The position numbers and the translations under genes are program-made. The notes under the pieces were generated by a model. That model did no database searches, was not told where the DNA came from, and saw only the letters and a list, made by a program, of their open reading frames with translations. From Octopus sinensis (taxonomy: Eukaryota), in NCBI RefSeq assembly GCF_006345805.1, contig NC_043002.1, positions 108,562,001 to 108,626,000 of the forward strand: a DNA stretch of 64,000 bases, given 5' to 3'. The first letter of the stretch is position 1; every line of letters starts with the position of its first letter. Below, one piece after another: positions 1 through 10,948 of the stretch.

Positions 1-430
1 CAGAGGTTTAGGACTTTAAATTGTTTTGGCTGGTCAAAGCCTTTTCAGTCAATTATTTGTGCAACAACTTATCTCCCTGATCTCCTCTGGATCACGGTGG
101 CAATATTTCTGTTCAATTCCCTTTTTGGAGGGATGTAACTCAGTTACATTTTCGTGACGTTTATAGCCCCAGGAAGACATCTCTTCCAGCTGGCCAACGA
201 CACACATGCTGTGTCCGATTAGTATTTGTGAGGAGAGGTTATCGCTTCCATCTCTAGCCTTACGTGATACACATGGACTCAAGATTCTGGGTGGTTACCC
301 GTCCTCAGCGTGTGTTAATCAACACCTAGTGATGAAAACCCATTCCACTTGCAAAATACTAAATGCTTTTTCCAGCAACAAACTGTTGCTGATGTCGAAA
401 AAGCTGTTTATATCTTGCTCAGAGATTTAA

Positions 431-651
431 CCCTTTAGCATTTAAACCGGCCATATCCGGCCAAAAGTTTTCTGCCTGTTTTATGTTCAAACTGGCCAGA
501 TCTGGTCTCTCACACCAACCCTACAATATTGTTTTAAAAATTAACAGCTACCTCATCAAAATCTCATAGCACCAAGATAATGCATGATTAGTTCAAGGCA
601 ATGTGGATAAAAAAGGATTAATTTTGGCAGAATAATGCGAACACTAAAGGG
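431..651. mobile_element. piggyBac-like MITE
   Basis: TTAA at 427-430 and 652-655; termini ccctttagcatt / aacactaaaggg. Confidence 0.85.
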
Positions 652-854
652 TTAATATAGCTTAGTTCTCCTTTTTCGAGATCAGCAACAATTTGTCGCT
701 GGCAAAAGCATATAGTATTTTACAAATGGGATGAGTTTTCACGACTAGCTGGTGATTAACACACGCTGAGGATAGGTAACCACCCGGAAATCTTGAATCT
801 GTATGTATCACATAAGGCTAGAGATGGGAGCGATGACCTTCCCTCGCAGATACT

Positions 855-1002
855 GGATGGATGAAAGCACTCCGTTGGTTACGATGATGAGGGTTCCGGT
901 TGAGCCTCGTGGAACTTTAGGTGTTTTCGCTCAATAAACACTCACAACGCCCGGTCTGGGAATCGAAACCGCTGCCCTAACCACTGGGCCATTGCGCCTC
1001 CA
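855..1002 (-). mobile_element. Internally deleted tRNA-derived SINE (family B, head gaggcgcaatggcccagtggttagggcagc)
   Basis: Matches the longer copies at 6830-7210 and 38687-39063. Flanked by a 14-bp TSD ccctcgcagatact (841-854) / ccctcacagatact (1003-1016). Confidence 0.8.
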
Positions 1003-1499
1003 CCCTCACAGATACTAATCAGACACTGAATATGCATCGTTACCCAGCTGGAAGAGATGTCTTTCTGGGGCTATAAACATCAGTAGCACTGTCTTTTATA
1101 GAATGCCACACTTGGTTGGCAATTATATGTTACGATTCTGTATTGCTACTGTTTATATTTTGCTCAGAGATTTAATATAGATGATTTTTGATATTTTTCA
1201 ATTTGATAAAAAAAAAAAACCTAAGGATATGGCAAAATAATAAAAATCAAGAGTAAACAGCATTCTGTCAAGCCAGTTTTAACTCCCGATGTAGCCACGG
1301 TCACGGAACATGACGTCAATGACCGACAAGCTGGAGTCAAAATAAATTTATTGACTCAAAGCAGTGGAACTTAATCTTGTCGCTGTGACAACACCCATAA
1401 AAATACAACAACAACAACAACAACAAAAGTGATAATGAGAATAAGAATGAAATTACCAATGGCAACAGTAGTAATAACAACAGCAACAATGCTGAGATC

Positions 1500-1830
1500 C
1501 CCTTCGGTCATGAATGACCATGGGATTGCACCTAGAATGTTACCCTCCCAGGGACAAGTCCGGTCAAAGCTGTTTGTGGAAGACCAGCAGTCGTCCATGC
1601 ATACCAGCCTCCCTTCTCCACGCCACCGATGTTATCCAAGGGAAAGGCAAAGGGGCCAATACAGCTTGGCACCTGTGACGTTGCAACTCATTTCTACAGC
1701 TGAGTGAACTGGAGCAACGTGAAATAAAGTGTCTTGCTCAAGAACACAATACACAGCCTGTCCAGTATTTGAACTCACAACCCCGTGATCGTAAGCTCGA
1801 TGCTCTAACCACTGAGCTATGCGCCTTCAC
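1500..1830 (-). mobile_element. tRNA-derived SINE (family D)
   Basis: Minus strand has A-box tagctcagtgg, a B-box-like gagttcaaatac and a CORE-like ttcttgagcaagacact segment. Second copy at 10210-10545. Confidence 0.8.
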
Positions 1831-1902
1831 ACAGCAACAATAACCACATAAAAAACCACAACGACAATAATTCATTATCTTTGTGGTACAATATCTGAAC
1901 GG

Positions 1903-2132
1903 AATGCAGCGAGCTGGCAGAATCGTTAGCACACCGGGCCAAATGCTTAGCAGTATTTTGTCTGCTACATTCTGAGTTCAAATTCCTCCGAGGTCGACTT
2001 TGCCTTTCAATCTTTCGGGGTCTACTAAATAAGTACCAGTTGCGCACTGGGATCGATATAATCGACTTAATCCGTTTGTCTGTCCTTGTTTGTCCCCTCT
2101 GTGTTTAGCTCCTTGTGGGTTGTAAAGAAATA
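1903..2132 (+). mobile_element. tRNA-derived SINE (family C, head gcgagctggcagaatcgttagc)
   Basis: B-box gagttcaaattc; perfect 18-bp TSD ggtacaatatctgaacgg at 1885-1902 and 2133-2150. Confidence 0.88.
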
Positions 2133-2361
2133 GGTACAATATCTGAACGGTAAAGACCTCCAATATAAAAATTCTATTGTAAAACCAGAAGTTATGTCTG
2201 TTAGTGAGGAGGAAAAAGGAAAAAAAAAAAAAAACTCTGAATGAAAAACCATTGAGTATAAATGCATTTCCTGCAAAGAGAGGAATCTCAAATTTCCTAC
2301 TTTGGTAGAATTAGAAAATTGCCTCAAAAATGTGTGTCCCTCAGTGCTACACATATTTAAA

Positions 2362-2870
2362 GGTGGAGAAGAACTGGTGTGAGGTGATGAACAGAGTGGC
2401 CAGTCTCATCCCAAAATGGGCTGAGAAGAAGGTATCCCTGAAAGGTTGGGCCGAGGTGATAAATGCCGACATCACCTTCATCATCATTTATTGCCTGATG
2501 GTTGTGCCCTGCCCTGGTTACTATTTGATCAGGCTAGAGTGTCTCTTATTCCTTTTCTTGTGGAGAGGGACATGTTCCAATGGTCAGGCACTCAGTCCGC
2601 TACTAGCACCTTTTGCGTGGCTTCTCATGTGCAGACATGCGCTCAGGTTGCACCACCTGTGATGATTTCTGGATAGTGAACATGTGTGGGCTCCATTTGT
2701 GAGACGTGTCTTTCTACAGCTCGTCTCCTTGACGGAAGTACAGTCCTTGGTGAAGGAAAGATCAAGACCGGGTACCTGGCACTTAGAGGGTAGCCAGGTA
2801 CTCACAGACCTGTCCCAGTCAGACAATGGGGTCAGTGGATGTCCCACTTCTATAATGATGAATGCCAAAA
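2362..2870 (+). mobile_element. Degenerate L1/Tx1-clade LINE ORF2 fragment (post-RT region)
   Basis: VEKNWCEVMNRVASLIPKWAEKKVSLKGWAEVINADITFIIIYCLMVVPCP resembles the L1/Tx1 pattern NW...W..R.LSL.GR..VIN......Y...V.P. Confidence 0.7.
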
Positions 2871-4264
2871 CGAATTTCTGTGTGTCAGTGTGTCACACTT
2901 TGACCCCCCCCCTTTCTCTCACTATTCAGTGACACTTCCTCTACTCCTCTTGCTGGTGTAAGAGTAATAGTAGGCATAGAGACGGTGGGGGTGGTAGGAG
3001 ATTGACAGTTGAGATGGAAATGGGGTGATAGTAATAGTATGAGCTGTAGTTGTGATGGAGGCGGTGGAGACGGTGATCATGATGGTGGTGGTGGTGGTGG
3101 CTGAGGTGGTTAAGCATGACGGTGATAGTAAGGGATGTGAAAGACAGTGGTGATGGTGGTGGAGGGGAAGGCGTTTGTAGCTACCAGAGCTAACTCCATA
3201 CTTTAGAGACACGACTTTGATATTTCACAGTTTTTGGGGTGGGGTAGCTTTTTTTTGAATCGGGGGGGGGGGGTGTTGTTCACCCGCCCCCACCCACCTA
3301 TCCACTTCTCTCCAAACCAAGCGCTCTCCACTCGACCACTCTCCTCCTCTCCGTCTCCCATCTTGTGTCCGCCCAAAACCCCAGTCCTCTGGAGTTCTCT
3401 CCCTTGCTCTCTTTTCCTGCAGACGGTGACTCTACAAGAGGAATGGTCACTATATCGTTATGCAACCATGTGTTGTAAAAGTCGTGGACACAGCCCCTTC
3501 CTCTTGACCAAAACCTATAAAAAATAAACGCAGAATATTTAAAAACCATTAATACACTCAACTCAGTTGAATAAACCTCAGTCTAGAGTTTAGAAGATTT
3601 TAGACTGTTTCGTAACTGCAATATGTCAAAAGCCTGAACTGTTTTTATCGTCTGCCTTTAGTGATTTATCCTATTATGTACCATCACTTGTTGTATAGAT
3701 CTTCTCCCTCCCCCGGGGTCTTATAATTCATTCTGCCTACCATAAATTAAGCACAGACCAGGAAAAAGAAATTAAATAAAGATACAAGGGAGACTACTCT
3801 ATATATTTTCTGGAAATGTAAAAATATTTCACGAAGTAAAATTTCGGAAGATGACTTTTTCTTTTACCAAAACTAGAAATATTAATATTTTTAAGTCACT
3901 CTAAAGGAGACTACGGCAGCAGTTCTGGATATCGCCAAGCTTACATGGCAGTCCAGAACAATAGGACGAATGCTGCCGTTGATTAGCTCCGAGAGGCCAT
4001 CGTCTCTAGCTAGCTATGTGACACACGAACCTGTGTCCATTATAATCTTCGAACAGGGGAGGTCAGACGCTTCCTCTTGCTGGTCTGGCATCTACAGACT
4101 AGTTTCAGGGTATTTGCCCCTTTTTCAAATATATTGTGGTTTATTAGCCTCAAAGGCAGCCATTGATATTATATTATTTTTGTCTATTGTTCTTGGTGAT
4201 ATTGTAATTATGATAACAGGAAGATGTGGCTGTTGTTTGTTGCAGGCCTAGTGACAATGTAGAG

Positions 4265-4539
4265 CAATGGTTCCCAAAGTGAGTGGTATTGCCCCTCTGG
4301 GGGCAGTGGAAATTTCCAAGGGGACGTTGAAGAAAAATGGGGTGATAACAGGGTGGCGGTTCATGTGAAAACAACAAAATAATGGGTTTGTTAGGTTAAG
4401 TTTTATTTGCAAAATACAGTTGCTTTGAATTTGCTTGAGAAAGAGGTCTCTGTTTGTGATGGTTGGTTGGGATGGGGGTGCTAGGAATGTGGCCTGGGTG
4501 TCAAGGGGGTGGAAGCCTGAAAAAGTTTGGGAACCATTG
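4265..4539. mobile_element. hAT/Charlie-like MITE
   Basis: TIR caatggttcccaaa / tttgggaaccattg. 8-bp flanks atgtagag / acatagag can both derive from acgtagag by CpG decay on opposite strands. Confidence 0.8.
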
Positions 4540-4615
4540 ACATAGAGGCTCCTTGATGTCGTGTGCATCGTCAAGTTTTGTTAATAATCACAACAAGATT
4601 ATAATAATAACAATG

Positions 4616-4649
<34 letters not shown>

Positions 4650-4849
4650 GTTCTTTTATTAGCCACATGGGCATAGATGAGGTGGACATCACAAGAACAG
4701 ACAACAAATTGTTTGGGAATTTACATAAAGAGGGAGGAGAAAGAAATGGAAAAGAGAGTAAAATGTGATAAAAATATAACATATTATACCAAGTATGGGA
4801 TAACATGAATAATGCAGTCTTCCTGAAACAGGGGAAACTCCGATGAGGG

Positions 4850-5340
4850 CCAATCAAGGAATCCCACAGATCCAAGATTACCCTGACCACCAAAGGTATG
4901 TGCCCTCTCTCTTGCTCTCCAATCTACAGGCACATATTTAGAATAGGGTCATTCTATGGCCAAAGTAAGGCAGTAGCAGCACAATCTCCACAGAACAGCA
5001 GATGGTCAGTATGAACCTTACGAGTCAACAATGCTTGGGCACTTGACAAGTGCATGCAGATCAGTTTTGTCACTCTGCGTGTGTCCCAAACAGGACCAAC
5101 TGACAACCTTTCTTGATGTCAATAGAGTTAATATCAAACGGGCAATGCTCCATGGTAACACTGCTAGACCAAGAATTTCTGGAAATTATCCTTGAATCCC
5201 AGCCTGAAAATCCAATGGAACCGACCAGCCAGTTGATTCTCTTCAACACTCAGAGGCTCCACAGGGATGTTGTTGCTCTTGCCCACTGCTTAGCCTCTAT
5301 AGAACACCAAAGTGGAACTTGCACTGACCACATTGCTCAA
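4850..5340 (-). mobile_element. Degenerate Tx1-like LINE 3' fragment
   Basis: Minus-strand translation ...VEENQLAGRFHWIFRLGFKDNFQKFLV*QCYHGALPV... parallels the Tx1 copy at 44549-45890 (FDENQLANLF...QKSL..KCYRNALAV). Confidence 0.55.
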
Positions 5341-5379
5341 ACTAGCAGAGGACTGTGAGTGCCTGCCATCCTGCCTTGA

Positions 5380-5940
5380 TCTATGCTTGATCCAGGAATG
5401 CAGATCAGTCAAAGAGATGAGCTGTTGGGAAGCGAATTTGACAAGAAAACACTGGAGATGTTGCAGCTTCTGCTGCCAGAAGCTGGAATCGTTTTCTCGA
5501 TGCCCAAAGAAGCAATACTCTCCAGATATGATGAGTGACTGAGAGAGGATTTCGTTGCATGTTTCTAGGCAGCTTCCAGTAGATCAATATTCTGGGCAAG
5601 ATGGGAGTTCTGAACTGGAGATGTAAACTCTGTGGGTATACCATGGACAGCTGCTGGTGAGTGGCTGATGAAGATTTTATTGAAAGATGCTGAGATGATT
5701 TTAGGGATGTGGTTCATCCAATGCAGAAAGTTGTTGACAATAATTCCTCAACCACATTTACCAGAAGACTTGTTAAGGTCGGTATTGAGGATAGAGTAGG
5801 TAAATTCTATGTTTTTCCAACCAAAATGTACAGTGATTCACTTGTCTACAACCGGTTTGAGTTGCTGCATTATGTCCAGGCCAGATTACAGACACAAGAA
5901 AGATTTGACTGTTATTTCTGGGAGAGTGTGCAGAGATTCC
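5380..5940 (-). mobile_element. Degenerate CR1/L2-clade LINE ORF2 C-terminal fragment
   Basis: ...TVHFGWKNIEFTYSILNTDLNKSSGKCG*GIIVNNFLHWMNHIPKII resembles CR1 KC..LH.G..N....Y.L...EKDLG.IVD..L.W..HI. Confidence 0.6.
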
Positions 5941-6829
5941 TTTGTATGGTTTATGTATGTTAATAAGAGTTGCTCAAAATCATTCTGTGATTTTGTTCAA
6001 TGCTACTGTGGGAACTTTTGTTGTCTCCACTGACTTCTTTTTATTCAAGAAGTGAAACATGAATATAAACCTGAATTTATTTCATTTTATAATAAAGATG
6101 TCAGTGAAGACCATGTTTTTCTTTTGTCTTTCATTCAGTTTCAGTGACTCATTCCTTTATTGCTAAACGAAAACACTTTCACAGAAAATTAAGACAATGT
6201 ATTGAAGTCTTGTTTTAAATCAACAAAACATAATTGAATGCCATTGATGTGAGGAATTAAAGAAATGTATTTATGACATCCAAGTCGTTAAGACATTTCT
6301 TCTGTAACAACCCGAGTCACTGGTTCAATGCTGAAATATGGCACCTCAAGTATCTTCTACTATAGCTTTTGGCTGACCAATGGCATGGGAAAGGAATTTG
6401 GGAGAAACTGTGTGGAAACTTGTTGTTGTTGTTGCGTGTGTGTGTGTGTATTGCTGCTTATCGCCTCCTTCCTGTTCTATTTCTTGTACCTCCCCCACCA
6501 CCCCATAGTGATATTCGACAACACCACACCCACTGGCTGCCACTCCCCTCTCACACTTTTGTGAACTTTTCTACCCATCTTCCCCAGCCTCTGTCTGTAT
6601 TCCCTCTTATACTCACCTTCAGAGTGACCTCTAACACCTCATTGCCACCATCATTGTTCTCTTTCCAGCTGTTCTCACCCATCCTTATCGAATACAGGGT
6701 AGCTATGTATCTATTCTGTAGCAAGACACCCGTGGTTACCCCTCTATCATACAAAAATTTCCCACCACCAACTGGCCACCTCCCTCTCTACGAGACTCTT
6801 ACTCAGTCAAGAGGCCCTTTTTGTCTTGG

Positions 6830-7210
6830 AAGCACTCCGTCGGTTACAACGATGAGGGTTCCAGTTGATCCGAATCAACGGAACAGCCTGCTCGTGAAAT
6901 TAACGTGTAAGTGGCTGAGCACTCCACAGACACGTGTACCCTTAACATAGTTCTCGGGGATATTCAGCGTGACACAGAGAGTGACAAGGCCGGCCCTTTG
7001 AAATACAGGTACAACAGAAACAGGAAGTAAGAGTGAGAGAAAGTTGTGGTGAAAGAGTACAGCAGGGATCACCACCATCCCCTGCCGGAGCCTCGTGGAG
7101 CTTTAGGTGTTTTCGCTCAATAAACACTCACAATGCCCAGTCTGAGAATTGAAACCGCGATCCTATGACCGCTTTTCCGCTGCCCTAACCACTGGGCCAT
7201 TGCGCCTCCC
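6830..7210 (-). mobile_element. tRNA-derived SINE (family B)
   Basis: Near-identical to 38687-39063; A-box tggcccagtgg and B-box-like gtttcaattc on the minus strand. Confidence 0.85.
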
Positions 7211-8089
7211 GCCTTTTTGTCTTATGAGTTACATGGCAACCTCACATCTTCTTTTGAAAAAAAAAGAAAATCACCCAGGACACTGTGTAAAGTGGCTGGT
7301 TTTAGGAAGGGCATCCAGCTGTAGGAACCCCGTCAAAGTGGATGATAGAGCTTGACACAGGCCTCAGGCTTTATTGAACCCTGCCAAACCACCTGGTGCC
7401 ATCACGAAGGACAGTCTATGGTGTCCTGCTATTTTGCATTCCATTCTTCACGAGGGATAAATCAACAGGGCTGGATATGCTGAATCGATATGGTTGGATA
7501 TGATAAAGGGGTCCACCGAAAGAAATAGCTTGAACCACCCTGCTCTAGTTAGTCACTCAACTTTCTAGAAAGGATTGCCACCAAATTACACTATATTATT
7601 GAAAAAAACCAAGAAGTACATTGGACCATGTAGTCCTAGATACACTATGTGATAAAAGATGTGGACTGGATATAGCCGGTAGGTTATTGATCATAGATGT
7701 GATTGGTCAAATCTGAAGTATGGTGAAATGACAATAAATTGAAATGATAGAAGCAAGAAAGAAGACCAAAAACTTGGTTTAAATATTTAGTTTTCCCCTA
7801 CTATAAAATATTTTTTGGGCTAACAACCATGCACGTATGTGGTTGCTTGATCTACTAGACTCAACAGCTAAATTTTCTTATCATACTTCACCTTCTTAAA
7901 AAATGGGTTGAGTACAAAATATCTAAAAAAATATTTGAATACAACAATAACAACAACGATATTGAGAACACTGAAGTAAACAATGACAGAAATATTTTAC
8001 TATAAAACTTCACAAAGCTATTCATTCTTTCCTTTATGTACGTCTTCCCATGCATATAATTGCATATCTAGACATGCTTATATATATTT

Positions 8090-8430
8090 AAATAATACGC
8101 ATCTGGAAAGTTTTAATAGATTTTTACAGTTCCAGTGATGGCTTGGATCTGTAGTCATCAAATCAGCTTTCTCCTTTCAGGTTTTGAGAAGCCTAATTTC
8201 TCAAGATTGGTAATTTAGGCAGTCTGTTACATATAATTACAGGTATAAACCTGAACTTGTAATCTGGATTGAGTAACTGCAGATTTCTTAATAGTTCAGC
8301 ATATGTATTCTTTTTCACTGATCTTCATCTCTATGTTAACATCTGCAGGGCAGCTGATTTCCTCAACTGTGCACAGTTTCTCTTCTCTGTCCCAAATCAT
8401 TATATCAGGTCTGTTGTGATTTACATTTTA
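8090..8430 (-). mobile_element. R4/NeSL-type LINE fragment, restriction-like endonuclease domain
   Basis: HNRPDIMIWDREEKLCTVEEISCPADVNIEMKISEK...YAELLRNLQLL...FIPVII matches the RLE pattern RPD...C.IID..P.D.N...K..EK..KY..L. Confidence 0.7.
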
Positions 8431-8469
8431 TTGAGGTCTTCACTGGGACATCCCACCAGTACTCCTATT

Positions 8470-8613
8470 TATGTATGTGTGTGTGTATGTATGTATGTAT
8501 GTATGTATGCATGCATGTATGTATATATGTATGTATATATGCATGTATGTATGTATGTATGTATGTATGTTTGTATGTATATATGTATGTATGTATGTAT
8601 ATATGTATGTATG

Positions 8614-8647
<34 letters not shown>

Positions 8648-8787
8648 TGTATGTATGTATGTATATGTATGTATGTATGTATGCATGTATGTATGCATGT
8701 ATGTATGTATGTGTGTGTATGTATGTATGTATATGTATGTATGTATGTATGTATATATGTATGTATGTATGTATATATGTATGTATG

Positions 8788-8821
<34 letters not shown>

Positions 8822-9136
8822 TGTATGTATGTATGTATATGTATGTATGTATGTATGCATGTATGTATGCATGTATGTATGTATGTGTGTGTATGTATGT
8901 ATGTATATATGTATGCATATATGTATGTATGTATATATGTATTTATATATGTATGTATATATGTATGTATATATGTATGTATGCATGCATGCATGTATGT
9001 ATGTATGTATGCATGCATGCATGTATGTATATATGTATGTATGTATGTATGTGTGTATGTATGTATGTATATATGTATGTATGTATGTATGTGTGTATGT
9101 ATGTATGTATATATGTATGTATGCATGCATGCATGC
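8470..9136. repeat. Compound (TATG)n microsatellite
   Basis: ~660 bp of TATG/TA/TGCA repeats with an internal block duplication. Confidence 0.97.
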
Positions 9137-9154
9137 TTGTTCGTTCGTTCATAT

Positions 9155-9420
9155 AAGCTCTGACATCAGGCAACTGACTTGGTAAACACCTACAAGATTA
9201 TCAATTATCGTGCCAACAACCACCTTGAGCGCCTTTTTGAGCTCCATGTGTCTAACACATGTAGGCATTCCTACAAAGTCAGAAAACAGCACAGCTCCCA
9301 TGACTTTCAGAAACATTTTTTCACACTCAGAGTTGCTGCATCAGTTGTTAGTTGCCGAGACATTGCATCGTTTAAAACCTCCTTGCTTCCTGAAATTTGT
9401 CAAGACTACACCTGATATCC
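9155..9420 (+). mobile_element. CR1/L2 LINE 3' fragment
   Basis: DLVNTYKIIN...NTCRHSYKVRKQHSSHDFQKHFFTLRV resembles CR1 DL...YKI....TRGH..KL.......R..FF..RV. Related minus-strand copies at ~25990-26200 and 46400-46775. Confidence 0.7.
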
Positions 9421-9529
9421 CCCCCTCTCCATATGCATGCACACATGTATGTCATGACTCATACACTGTTCACTTTGCTGACTTTTACAGTTCTATATTT
9501 AAGAATTGAGGAATTATACTCTTTTTTTT

Positions 9530-9932
9530 AAATTCTTTTGCTTGTTTCAGTCATTTGACTGCGGCCATGCTGGAGCACCGCTTTTAGTCGAGCAAATCGA
9601 CCCCGGGACTAATTCTTTGTAAGCCCAGTACTTATTCTATCGGTCTCTTTTTGCCGAACCGCTAAGTGATGGGGACGTAAACACACCAGCATCGGTTGTC
9701 AAGCAATGCTAGGGAGACAAACACAGACACACAAACACATACACACATACATACATATATATATATATACGACAGGCTTCTTCCAGTTTCCGTCTACCAA
9801 ATCCACTCACAAGGCATTGGTCAGCCCGGGGCTATAGCAGAAGACACTTGCCCAAGATGCCACGCAGTGGGGCTGAACCCGGAACCATGTGGTTGGTTAG
9901 CAAGCTACTTACCACACAGCCACTCCTGCGCC
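9530..9932 (-). mobile_element. tRNA-derived CORE-type SINE (family A, the most abundant in the window)
   Basis: Head ggcgcaggagtggctgtgtggtaag...gggttcagcccc, core gcatcttgggcaagtgtcttc, internal (TA/TG)n, tail tgactgaaacaag. Confidence 0.88.
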
Positions 9933-10000
9933 TAATTATATACATTGACTAGAAATTATGGCTTACTGCTGTTGCTTATAGTTGCTTACAGAGTGGGAGA

Positions 10001-10110
10001 GAAATTTCCCCAAGACACCTGATGAAGGCTGGAGAGTATATCAGCCGAAATGTTGTGTTAACAACAAACACGATGAGGACAAATGTCCGTCAAATATAAA
10101 TAATGTCAAT
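10001..10110 (+). ncRNA. Hammerhead-ribozyme-like motif in a Penelope-type short repeat
   Basis: acac-CTGATGA(10019-10025)-a-GGCTG...CAGCC-GAAA(10047-10050)-tgtt-gtgt: core boxes, 5-bp stem II and stem I acac/gtgt. Homologues at 41.5 and 60.4 kb. Confidence 0.65.
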
Positions 10111-10209
10111 TAATGTTCCTGACTTTTGTGCATAATTCTATGTACTGTACATGCACTTTTGATGACTTGTAGTGCACCTGAGCACTATAAACAATAATTT
10201 CATTATTGG

Positions 10210-10545
10210 TGGTGACCCCCTTCTGTCAGACACTGACCATGGGTTTGCACCTAGAGAGTTACCCTCTGAGGCACAAGTTTGGGCAAGGTTGTTTTATGGA
10301 AGACCAGCAGTCGCCCATGCATACCAGCCTCCCCTCTCCGCGTCACCAATGCTGTCCAAGGGAAAGGCAAGGGCCAATACAGCTTGGCACCTGTGACGTC
10401 GCAACTCATTTCTACAGCTGAGTGAACTGGAGCAACGTGAAATAAAGTGTCTTGCTCAAGAACACTACACGCAGCCCGGTCCGGGATTCGAGCTCACAAC
10501 CTCAATCGTAAGCTCGACGCTCTAACCACTGAGCCACGCGCCTTT
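10210..10545 (-). mobile_element. tRNA-derived SINE (family D)
   Basis: Homologous to 1500-1830; A-box tggctcagtgg, B-box gctcgaatcc. Confidence 0.8.
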
Positions 10546-10689
10546 TCATTATTATTCATATATATATACATGTGTTTGTGTGTAGAACAATTTTGTGTGC
10601 ACCAGATATTATCACAACAACAATAGCAATGTTGATAATATGGTGACTTGACTAGAAACTACGGCTGCTACTGCTGTTGCTTACAAAGT

Positions 10690-10727
<38 letters not shown>

Positions 10728-10948
10728 AGTAAGATGACAGAGAGGGTGAATATTCTTCTTAAGGGGACAAAACTTAAGGGTTTGTGTCTTATGTTTTTTG
10801 TATTCCTTATCTCGAGAGGTGTTTTTCCTGTGAGAAAAAGAAAATATGATGTTGCCAGACATTCATAAAATCCTTTTGTTGTTTATTGTTGATAATGTTT
10901 AGTCAGGAAACAGAACCAAGCTTCAGAAAAGTTTAACAACGATTATCA

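Larger units (their letters stand above)
153..1082. repeat. Diverged fold-back inverted repeat (arms ~153-403 and ~671-1082), interrupted by a MITE and a SINE
   Basis: tttatagccccaggaagacatctcttccagctgg (160-193) is the reverse complement of ccagctggaagagatgtctttctggggctataaa (~1044-1077). Pairing continues inward to ~403/671. Confidence 0.8.
2395..6570 (+). repeat. Left arm of a ~4.2-kb inverted segmental duplication (partner 46976-51292)
   Basis: Near-identical reverse-complement sequence throughout. The ORF track shows mirrored translations (5312..5542+ vs 48007..48237-, 5709..5963+ vs 47586..47840-, 2922..3212- vs 50475..50768+). Confidence 0.97.

Noticed and set aside
6369-6950. 193-aa ORF, and similar 100-170-aa ORFs at 18100, 22300, 39224 and 56907
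   Set aside because: They run across unrelated repeats and low-complexity sequence; the only recognisable motif is the LINE RLE fragment at 18310.
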